Both the position numbers and the translations under genes were made by a program. The notes under the pieces are model-generated. The model was not told where the DNA came from. It saw nothing but the letters and a program-made list of their open reading frames with translations, and ran no database searches. 64,000 nucleotides of DNA from the NCBI GenBank assembly GCA_965113315.1, contig OZ220373.1. One strand, given 5' to 3'. Origin of the DNA: Podarcis vaucheri (taxonomy: Eukaryota). Below are positions 28,801 to 40,800 of the stretch, in pieces (position 1 is the stretch's first letter; each line of letters begins with the position of its first letter).

Positions 28801-31800
28801 TCATCTTTAACTTCTATAAAATGATGTGAAATGTCTTTACACGATTGTAAGTGGGAAAAGGGAAGGGGTGGGAACCCAAATTTATATTAAAACAAGAAAT
28901 TCTGCAAAACTTCTAGGGCCTTAGCTAAAAGCAGACTTCACTGATGTTGACAAATCTGCCAAGGTAAATTTGTTTTGATTAGGTGGCTCCATCAACTTTG
29001 CAGTTCTTCATGTGGAATATCTTCAGTTAATGTTTCATACTAAAATTGGATAAGCCGAATAACATCAAATGAATCCTGCCTAATACTGGAAGGAAATTTT
29101 ATGCGTTTAGTTGTACCATAATGGCTGCTTACCCTGCTCCGGTGGACAGTGGTTGCAAACCCTCGCGAGCTGCCCTCCATTCCCAGGGCTGCAAGGAGTC
29201 ACGTCCCAGCAACCAGCTGTTGCAAATTCCCTGTCTGATTGCACTGCAGGGTGGGATAGCCCTCCAAGTCTAAAGTTTAAACTGGCCAATCATAAGCAGC
29301 CAATTGGACAGAGTCTGGCCAGAGGACCTGAGCGTGGAAGTTCTCACTCTGGGCCGCCAGCTAAGGATAAAAGGATAAGGATAAAAGCCGACTACACCTA
29401 GCGCTTGAAGCTCACGTTGGATCTAACTTTCTTCTTGACTAAGCCAAGATCACATGTCTTAATTGTCAACTCAGGTATAAGACAAGCATGAACTTTTCAT
29501 GTGAGGTTTAGTGTTTAATATTGTAAACCAGAAGTATTCTGTATGTGGGTTTTTTTAAAAAAAGGTTTCATTCTGTTCCACTTGCTATCAATATTTAAAT
29601 TAAAGTTGCAGTTTTAATAAACTGCATTTATTTTATTCTTAAACTTTTCATAGAGTTTTAGATGGCTGCCAGCTTCTATATAACGAAGTGCAATATAACA
29701 CTTGATACATACATGTAACCTTTCATTATTGTGAAGTCTGAAGGGGAAAGTGGCTACCATGTTTAAAGAAAAAGTGTATTGGAACACGACTTGAAATGGG
29801 GTGAGATTAAATGCTTTCCAAATTTCAAATCTTCCTCCTATATCTTCTCGTGCCACCTGTAGCTACCTATTTTGAAAAAGATAGATAAATCTTTGTTTAC
29901 AACAAATTGAGAATTTCTATAGGTCCTAGCTTTGGAGAGAGGAAAAATACTGGTTCAATGACAAAGGTTACCAAGTTATCAAAATTCCAGAGTTTTTGTG
30001 TGTTGGAATCCATTTGTCTCTGGAGACAATAGAGGAGTCCATCTTTGGGGGTTAAGTCAAACTGTTGGAGAGTTACAGCAACTGCTGTGGCTGTAGAGAC
30101 CAATACGGGAGAGACATGCTTTATTGCACTGGGGCAAATGAGCTCTGTTTCACAACACTCTTTATAAGGACGGTGTCAGAGGATAAGCCATCATACTGGA
30201 TGGTGCCATGCATGTTCTTGTGGAAGGACGCAACCATATTGTGTATTGCTGTTCTGGCAGTGTTGATCCGAGGCCACACTTTCTGCTTTGTGCCATGGGT
30301 TCTCTTTATATACTCGATATAATCTTAACATTTACATAAGAAAACGCTCAAGGACACATAATTTTCATATGCATATGGTTGGATAAGAGTCTTTTAATAT
30401 ATGCTCATCAAAGCCATTTCAGGTAGATGATTTCTTCAAAGAGTTAGTGATCTTTCATACATTACTAAGTTGACAAACATTTTTAAGAATCCAAGTAGAA
30501 TACACACATTGCAGTCAACGTGGCACTTAACTGCAGTTCAGTACTCATTTACTCACTCAGATTTACAGTCCCAACCAAGAGGAGCTGGCATTATTTTTCA
30601 TGGTAGAAATACACTAGTATCAAATTGCAGCTGGCTTGCATTAATGACTGGATCAAATAATGTCTAAGTAGTAAAGGTTTCAGGTTCATTGAAGCTTATC
30701 TCTTTTTAGTACTCAATTTCCCCCAACAGAGTTGCCAATTGTTTCTTGGGCCTTTGTCTTGGTCATTTTACCTAGCAGACCATTCTGTACATTAATTATT
30801 TGCTAAACGAACACATTACTCTTATAGCCCATTCTCAATTTGTTTTTTGCTTTATTATTATGTACGACTTGAAAGTCAGGTTATGTTTTCAATGTAGTGC
30901 TGATGTGAGAGGTAATCACAATCTATAAGAAGTTATTATGTAATTCAATTATGTCCCTATTAAGCTTTCGGGGGGAAACCCTCTCATTATCCATGCCTTT
31001 CAGGTTGGAGAGCTTTCTGATTCTTTGTGGCTTGTAAAGTTCCTTAACAATTGTCCAACAAAGTTACAAAACTTAAGTGCTCTCTTTAATTTAGAAGGAT
31101 CCTGATGCAAAGCAACATTTTAGGTGTTTTTTAAAAGAGCACTTTCAACAAATTGGTGGCACTTTTGTATTCCAGAAAGTATTTGTTTTATGGCATCATA
31201 CACTGATTTAGTTCCAAATTAAAAAAAAGATAGTTTCAGGTAAAACAAAAAGCTGCAAGTCATGAGCACAAATCTGTAAGTTTTAGCCTCCAATTTTCAG
31301 ATTCATTCCTGGGGGTGGACATGCTTGAACAGATTCTTCTGGCTCTGAATGCTTACTTGGACATTCCATTTGAAACTCATGTAAGGTGCTTCCAATTAAA
31401 TTGTGTTTAATTTTTACTTACAGGATTTTATTGTTTGCTTAATGTAAAAAATACTGTATGCCTTGGATTGGTCTGTTGAGTCATTTAGGTATTAAAACAG
31501 GGCCTGTGTTAGCGTTGAGTCAGAGAATATTAACTTTGCAAGTCACTGATTCAGTCAACAGCTGCAAATAACTTCAGTTTTGGTGGCATACAAGTTTTCA
31601 TGCAAAAGCCTTTGCTTTTTAAGTACTTGACTATTCAAGAACGTCACCTTTCAAATTACTGTTTTGATGCTGGAGTTAATTTCTACATCTGCTTACTTGA
31701 CATTTCAACATATGTTGGCAAATATTATTTACAATAATAAAGCAGAAAAAACTAGAACCCTTTTACATGCTACATATAAGTGGCACATTAGCAAAGAATT

Positions 31801-34800
31801 TGACTCAAAATTACACGGCAGTACATTTAGCCAGTTCTGTCCAATTCTGCAGCTAAATTTATACGGAACATGTTCTTTATAAAAATACAGCTTGACAACC
31901 CTGTTCCTCCTCCCTCCCATCATGGAAGTCAGGGTGGCATGTATTAGTTGATACTTCCAGGATCAGTGGGATCTTGCCTCTGCATACCAGTAACTGAGGA
32001 ATAGTAGCAGGAGAATGCAGTGGACTCATGCCTTGCTTGTGGGTTTCCCACAGGCTGGCTAGCTGCTGTGGGGAACAGGATCCTGAACTAGATGGGGCTT
32101 TGGTCTGATCCTGCAGGATTCTTCTCATCTTATTACACAGACACAGACCTACTTATCTGCCAGGCACTGGGCAGAGGAGCGGGAGGAATGGTGGATACCA
32201 CCTCCCCAGCCTGAACCTTCCAGAGAAGAGGAAGACAGTATAGATTTACAACAGTGGCTTTTGGGAGGTCACAGCTCAGAGATGGCCCACCTGACAGCCT
32301 CTGCAGACATAGGTTGTGATGGTGATGGGGTGTGGTTTCGAAGTAACAGGAAATGCTTTAAGCAAGGTGTGCTGGGAAAAAGAAGAGAGAAGAAGAAAGA
32401 CTGGGATCCATCTTGGGTAGGCAGGCTGAAGGCTGGCTGGGAGAGATGGCTTGGACTCCAGGGCTGCACTGCTGTGGGGGGACAAGCCCCTCTTGAAATG
32501 ACAATGCTGTAAGATCTGGACTCCCTCCACGTGCACTGAAGGTGTAATTAGGTGAATAAACTACATTTCTTAAAGCTACGACAGTCTCTGCTGTGTCTCA
32601 ATTCTCCAAAGGAACATAGACCTTGGGTGAGTGTCTGGACTCCCCTGGAATTTTGCAGAGAGTGGACGTGGCACCCAACTTTCATAACAATCTGAACGGA
32701 AAGAGTGCAGCACCAACTTCAAGTACCCAAGCCCACTCCCTTGCCTGTGAGTTTGAAATATATTATGCCCCCCAAATCTAGTTTAGCTTGAGGACACTGT
32801 CCCACATCATTTTACCCATCCCTGGTGTATGAAAGGGGTTGTGTGTGAAAAATGTTGATTTTAGAGCTTTTGAAGCAACTGAAAAAGCAGTCAAAAGGGA
32901 ACCTGTGATATGATGTAAAGGCTTAGCTACACTTCTTGAAACAGCTGTCAAAACACCTTTTGATTCTGTGCTTCTTGCGTGGCTTCCTGTACTATTATTT
33001 ATAGGTCGCCTCTCTTTCCAAAGGCAACTGAGGCAACATACAATATTAAAACCTCTCAACTAATGCCAGGAGGAAGGTTCCTTCAGCAGCTCATATTCAG
33101 GTAATCCCTACAGGATGGTAACCCAGACTGGTGAACTTGCCAGAGCAGTAGATATTAGAGCCTACATATTTAATGTTTGTGTTGCACAAATCATCTTAGA
33201 AGCGCAAAGAACAGTTGGCTGAGACTCCAATCATGCCTGGGAGTCTGACGGGCAGAGGTGGGGATTCAAACTCTTCCTCTTAGTGTGGTTCTGATGAAAA
33301 ATGTCCTGCCCCCACTGCAATGAAGGGATTCATGCAATTCCCTACATGGAAGCTACTTCTGTGTAGAAAATTCAACATGCATGATGCCGTGTGATCACAG
33401 TTCAATATAAGGTAGCTCTATAGTGTCAGAGACAGAGGAAAACAATCTAGAGATTCTTGCAAAACAGGAAATATAAATGGCTAGCCCCAGTTGGAAATCT
33501 GAACCATACTAATAGCATTGAAACTTGTACAATTTATGTTGGAGGCAATAAAATCAGTGATGAATGCAGTGATATAGTACCATTGCCCCAAAACCAGGTT
33601 CTTTTAGTTTTTTGAATATTTACAGTGTTTCAGATATGCACCTAGAGATTTACCTGCAGCTTAAAAAAAAGATGTAGAAAGCACAGAAACATAACACAAG
33701 CAAAATTCTACTGATAGAATGTATGTTCTATCAAAGTGCATTGTGAAATATTCTAATGCAAATATATTGCCATGCTATTACACTAATCAAACTGTGTATC
33801 TATAGTGTCAAAAGCGCCTCTTCTAAATCATACAACTACTACTATTCCAGATATTTTAGTCATATATTATTCAACATGAACAAATGTAGAATTACACACA
33901 CGCATACATAGCGTCCTGACTAGATGTACTAAACTGAAATGTTTCAGTCACGAGAAATTTTTATCATGTTTCACAAAGTTGGTGTAGAGGAAAAGAAAAT
34001 TACTGAAAACAGTCTCAAAGTATACACAACACATGCAATTATATTTTAATTGAATCTGTTCCCAATAAATCTAATTAAACTAGATATGAGGACTTTGTCT
34101 GGCATTCTCACAACAAATTTCTAAAATCCCCGTTCTTGGTTTTGCTCTCAGTTTCATCAGTCAGACCCTCCCAAAACCAACACAGATTTATTCTGAAAGA
34201 CAGATTTTGAGCACAGTAACAATTTTACTATCAGCGATTTGTAAAATGAGACCACAAAAGAGCAAACCCCTCTGATCCATGTTTAGGCCAAGAACAGCTA
34301 AGAAATTGTTACAAAGATGTTTTTGCGAAATCCAGCATTAACTTGCTGCTTTCTCCCTCACGACGTATACACAGACAATAGTTTTTAAGAGGTGAAAGTG
34401 ATCAGAGAGAGGCTTTGCTTCCCATGGTATATACACAGATATTGCACGTTTTTTAAAATTATAGAGATATCTGCAGATTCCCTTTACCAACAGAGAAGGT
34501 GTTATGTGTATTTCAACCGTCTTTCTTTAAAAAAATTAGTCTACTTGCACCCTCAATTCCATGTAAGTGGTTATTCAGTATTTGTGAAAAATCTACAATT
34601 CATGTGCCTTCTAGATATATACTATATATTTTAGAAAGTTATTTGTCTGCTATGCATTTACATACTTCTTAAGATATATTACGGTTCCTGAGATCAAGTA
34701 ACTTGTTTTCATCAGTATCTGGACACCATTTTGAATCAAGATGGCAAAACGAACCTTTCACAACTGCACTGATTTTTTTTGTTTCTTAGAATTCCCGAGC

Positions 34801-37800
34801 AACGCTAGGTATGAGGTTGCTAGTGACAAATATTTCACAGTTTGACTATGATTGAAGCTCCTTTCTAATTTTCCCAATACCAAAAAGCAATATTCCATCA
34901 GTAGCATTTTCATCAGGAAAAACCCCCACAAATTCTGTCTTAATGAGCTTTAACCACTTTCCTCCTCAGAATAGCAAAGTCTACTTGCCATCGTGCCAAT
35001 ATGTATGAAGCATCATTTTTTTAAAAGCACAGAAACTCTAAGGGTTGGGTGATAACTGAATGGAGGATAGTTTTTGGACAACAGTACCATACTGTCCATT
35101 TCCCTGAATCACCTGATCTGCATAATTATAGTGTGGTATAATTATGAAGCATATGAACCACTATTGAATGGTGCCCATGATTCAGCCAGTCTCTCAGGGG
35201 TGGTTCATATTCTAGGGTGGGCCTGATATGAGCACCTCAGTCCATGTGAGACCATCATCTGGTTTGCAGATGGACTATGATCAAGCAGAAGCAGCAAGTG
35301 TACTAACTGTGGGAGCTGCATTTGCCACTGCTGTAATGAAGTCATTATAGCAGCTCTTTTCCCAAGATGTAGCAATGACTCCAATTATAGCAACCAAATG
35401 TACAGTGGCATGAAACCACACTAGCATGGCTAGCTGAGAGTTCAACAGCAACCTTGCATTCTCCTGAGGTGCTGGTGCAAGGGGCACAGTAAAATATGAA
35501 GCAGCTGCACTTCAAACCTTTCCCCCCATCTTAGGCGCATGCACACACCATCTAAGTTTAGGCTTCTTTCTTTTCTTTTTAATGAGGACCATTCCCGTTT
35601 AAGATACATAATATAGCAGGTGGTGTTAAACTGATCCCAATCCTTCTAAGCTACTTATGATGAAAATTAGTTTCAGACAAACACTTGAAGTCTGCCTTGA
35701 CAACTGCAGACACATGTAAAGAAAACTCTGTGATTGCTGGTATATCATTTGCCCTCACTATGCTGGTTTTGAAACATCAGAAAACAAAAGCTCATTTCCT
35801 ATGCTGTTGCTTCTTGTTTTCCTTATGAAGGCAGAAACCCTCGAATGTTAGGAATTATTTTCCAGTATACATCCCGTGTTTATCATTCCTTGTTTATCAC
35901 TTTCCCCCACCATATCTATTTTTTAGTAACTGATTAGTCTCCCTGGGATCTAGATACATTTCTGATATTCCTTGGCTGTTTACTGCCTTGACACATGCAT
36001 TCATATACATTTTACCTATGCATAAATGTAAGCAAACAACGCACATTCCCTCCCATATATACATTACCAATATTGTACTGAAACACACATGCAAAACAAA
36101 AAAACATATATAAGCACTCTTATATACGGAAATCCAATCGAAACCCCATAGGGAAATGTGTAGGTTATTGTTACAATATCTGTCATCCATGTAAGAGAAA
36201 CAGAAATGAGATGGGCATTAAATTTGCATACAGCCTGAAGCACAGAGGTTCCTGTATGTAGAGAGTTGATGGGCATATCTGGCAGGAAGATTCTGTCAGG
36301 ATTAACTCAGGAAAAACACCCCCAAGGAGATAATTTGAAGACCGTGTGAGAATTTGCTTCAACACATGAAAATAAAACTTGAAATCCGTAGCAAAGGGTA
36401 ATAACCAAATGTTAGCACAAATGCAACGGCAGAGGCAAGGGGATAATCTATTTTGGTTAATTAACACCAAGCTTAGCATTGTTAAAAGCAGCTTCCACTC
36501 GGGTCTCACAGCATTTACACAGACTCAGAAAAACAAGTGTATATTTACCAGCCTTCCCCAACCTGGTGCCCTCTAGACGTTCTGGACTATAACTCCTATC
36601 ATCTGCCTAGCCAATACAACAGTGCTCTGGAAGGCAGGCAAATGCAAATGTAAGAAAAGAAAAGGCAAAACCAATTGAGAAAGGAAATGGTTAGAATGAT
36701 TCAAGATTTCACCATCCGAGGAGAAAAGTCAGGATCATTCCAAGAAAATCACTGTGTCCTATCAGAACGCCAAGACAGACAAGCAAACATAGAAATATGT
36801 AGCAGTCGGTGGCAGGCAGAATGTTCAAAATAAAGCAGTAAAACAAGTCTGGATTAAGGAGACCTGCTTTTTAAAAACTAAAACGAATTTAGCAGGTGAA
36901 AGTACAGTCCTGCCTAATCTGGGTCTTCACACATAACTTCTTGGCACCCTGTGGGCATATTATTCAGTGTTGGGGTTTGAAGCACAAAGAATAATTGTCT
37001 ACACATCAGGTGAGGGGAACCTCTGGGCCTCCAGAGGCTGCTGAACTACAATTCCCATGAACCCCAACAAGCATGGTCAATGACCAGGGATGACGGGACT
37101 TGTAACTTTTGGCCCCCTGGAGGCCCAAAAGTTATTTTTGCATTGCTTTATCGTATATAGCCTATGTGGCAAAAAGAGAGACACTAACCCAAACACATTT
37201 GCTTGGCACAATTTTGTGACTCAGACATATGTAGAGTTGCCTTGGTTCATTTAACCCATACCTGTCTGAACCCTTGGAAAGTCACTGTAATTTTGGCTAC
37301 TTTCCCAGTCCTCCTACCAAAATACACCAGAAATTCCCAATGTGTGCCATCACAGGAATTCAGCTTGATATCAACAGTCAACACAACAAAATTTTGGCAT
37401 TTCACAATTTCTGATACTTCCGTAACTTAGGAGGTGTAAGATTAAAATAAATGGAAATTTAAAGCCTCGATGACTACAGTATGTTAGTTGTATATATATA
37501 CTTGTATTCCCGGAGCTCTCTGGGAGCACATTACGTTTTCAGGCATCCACAGGATCTGCCTTCCTGAAATGTTAGTACAGTGCACAAGGATATCCAACAA
37601 CTCTGATAGGACCATAGGAATAGAATAGCATGCCATAGAAAGAATCTCAAAAGCAAAGAGGTGTAGTGTTCACATAAGACAGTAAGAAGATCCCTGCTGG
37701 ATCCAGCTAGTGCCCTTTTTCTAGTTAAGCATTCTGTTATCATAGTGGCCACCAAGATGCCAGGGGAAGCTTGCAAGCAGGCCTGAGTGTGACAGAACTC

Positions 37801-40800
37801 TCTCCTCCTATGGTTTCCAGAAGCTGCTTTGTAGGAGCATACTGACTTCCAAGGCAGCGAACAGCGGAATATGCTGGCTAGCAGCCCCTTATAGTCTTAT
37901 CCTCCATGAATTGGTCTAATCCTCTTTTAAAGCCACTGAAGTTGGTTGCCTCTGGTCAGAATGTGCAACACAATGTCCCCAATACGAGACACAAAGGACT
38001 CACAGATCAAGCATGTGATCTGAGCATGTCCTGGGTAGCAGAACATATAGTTCTTTGCTCACATCCTAGCAAATGCTTGGAGTCATCCCTTTCTATATAC
38101 TCAGGCATGTATGCATACTACAGTGGTACCTTGCAAGACGAAATTAATCCGTTCCGCGAGTCTCTTCGTCTTGCGGTTTTTTCGTCTTGCAAAGCACGGC
38201 TATTAGCGACTTAGCGGCTATTAACGGCTTAGCGGCTATTAATGGCTTAGCGGCTTAAAGAAAAAGGAAACAAACTCGCAAGACGTTTCGTCTTGCGAAG
38301 CAAACCCATAGGGAAATTCGTCTTGCGGAACGACTAAAAAAACGGAAAACTCTTTCGTCTAGCGAGTTTTTCGTCTTGCGAGGCATTCGTCTTGCGGGGC
38401 ACCACTGTATAACTATGCCAGTAAAGTATCTAAATTGTGATTACAAGATGCGCTGTGAAAACTCATCTAGAAAAAGAGATGGGTTATTTTCTGTTGGAAC
38501 AAGTATTTGTTTGTTTTATTTTTATTTATTGAATTTATATACCACCCTATAACCAGAGGTCTCAGGGTGGTTCACAGAATAAAGTCAAAATATAAAACCA
38601 CAAAATACTTAATCAGAATAAAAACAACAACTCAATTGCCCCCCCCAAACCCCCACATTTGCTGTGACTTGTTTGCAAAGCATTTTGAGGATAAAATTGC
38701 TTGCATCCACCAAGACCTTGACTCTCCTGTTATAGCAGATGGATCTCATGGGGTGTCCAGAGAACAGTTTAGTCTTGTTGGATGAGTTTCAGCTGGTAAG
38801 GCTTGAGTATGTGGACAAGGGGCTCGGATCAGTCAGGGTTCCCCTCTTGGCTGATAAAAAGCAGCAGGGAGGTAACAGCTGACTGGGCCAGGAAGGTAAT
38901 CAATGCCTCTTTATTAAGGTTACCAGATTTTTTTCAATGAATCTGGGAACACTTTTCAACTTCAATGGATTTTGTATGAGGGCTGATTTGTAAATCCGGG
39001 GACTGTCCCCGGGAAATGGGGACGCCTGGTAACTTTACTCTTTATGAGACGGGGTGGTCCCTGCCTGTTTGAAGGAGGAAGTGGTAAAAACACTCCTTAA
39101 GAAACCTTCCCTGGATTTGGAAAACCTAATCTCCCTTTTCTGAGCAAGGTTCTGGAGCGAGTGGTTGCAGACCAGATCCAGGCGCTTTCGGAAGAAATTG
39201 ATTTTCTGGATCCATTTCAAATGGGGTTTAAGCCCGGTTTTGGCACAGAAACTGCTCTGGTTGCCTCTGCTGAGAGAGAGACAAGGGAAACATGTCCCTG
39301 TTAATTCTTCTCGACCTCTCAATGGCTTTTGATACCATTGGCCATGGTATCCTTTTGGAGCGACTGTCCGAACTAGGGGTGGGTGGCACTGCTTTGCGGT
39401 GGTTTCAGTCCTACTTGGAAGGTCCTTCCCAGAGGATGTTGCTTGGGGAATGCTTTTAAGCCCAGTGGAATCTTCAACGTGGGGTTCTGCAGGGCTCAAT
39501 CCTATACCCTACATTGTTTAACATCTATCCGGAGGTTTTGGAGTACATTGTCAGCAGTATGCTGATGACACTCAGCTCTATTTCTCCTTTACATCTGTAG
39601 GTGAGGTAGTGGAAGTGCTGGACCAGTGTCTTGTCTCAGTAATGGACTTGATGAGAGCCAACAAACTGAAACTCAATCCAGTTAAGACTGAGGCACTGTT
39701 AGAGGGTGGTTCCCTAGACCGGATGGGTGTGAGATTGCCTGCTCTTGATGGGGTTACACTTCCTCTGAAGGAGCAGGTTCGTAGCCTGGGGTTACTCCTG
39801 GATCCTTTGGTGTTGCTCAAGGCTCAAGTGGCCTCAGTAGCCCAGACTGCCTTCCATCAGCTTTGGCTGGTGGCCCAGCTACTCCCCTATCTGGAAAAAA
39901 ACACCCTAACTACTGTTGTCTATGCTCTGGTAACCTCAAGGTTAGATTACTGCAATGTGCTATACATAAGGCTGTTTCTGAAGATGGTTCTGAAACTTCA
40001 GCTAGTGCAAAATTCAGCAGCCGGGTTGCTCACCGGAGCAAGACGGTTTTAGCATATTACACCGATCCTGGCCCGACTGCACTGGCTACCAATTAGTTTC
40101 TGGGCCCAATTTAATGTGCTGGTTTTGACCTATAAAGCTTTAAATGGCTCAGGACCGCAATACCTCAAGGTACCTCTTTCCAAATGAACCTACCTGGACC
40201 CTGAGATCATCTTCCAAGACCCTTCTTTGTGTGCCACCTCCTTGAGAGGTCTGGAAGGTGGCAACACAAGTACTCTACATTTTACATTTGACTACTGACT
40301 TCCCTAAGACCAGCCCTGGACAACTTGGTGAAGATAACAGCAACAACTACTACCACACCACATCTACAACACCTTCAGCCACGCCATGTAAATGCTTCCA
40401 GAAGGGTAGCCGTGCAAATCTGTTGTAGCAAAACCAATGAAGATTTTTTGCAGCACCTTCAGAACTAAACACATTTATTATGGCATAAATTTTAGGGGAC
40501 TCAAGTCCACTTCATCAGATGCATGACATGTAAACAGTAGGGTCAAAGTACACAGACTGTTGCATTTTTGCATTTCATTACCATTTGACCCTGCTATTTA
40601 TAATTTTCCTTTCTCAACACCCATATGTATATACACCTCCCAGTTGAAGATAACACTTCGTGCATCTGATGAAGTGGATTCCAGACCATGAAAGCTTATG
40701 TCACAATCAATTTGTTAATGTTTAAAGGGCTACAAGACCGCTATTTCAGCTAAATAATATAGGATCATAATATCACCAGTGTTTTGGCACTGCTTAAATT

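Noticed and set aside
38197-38257. Short regular repeats that might suggest a CRISPR-like array
   Set aside because: No unique spacers, eukaryotic context, and internal to a TA-flanked MITE.
39035-40096. ORFs of ~150 aa as possible host genes or an active reverse transcriptase
   Set aside because: They are pieces or antisense frames of a frameshifted L2 relic that is also interrupted by a MITE.
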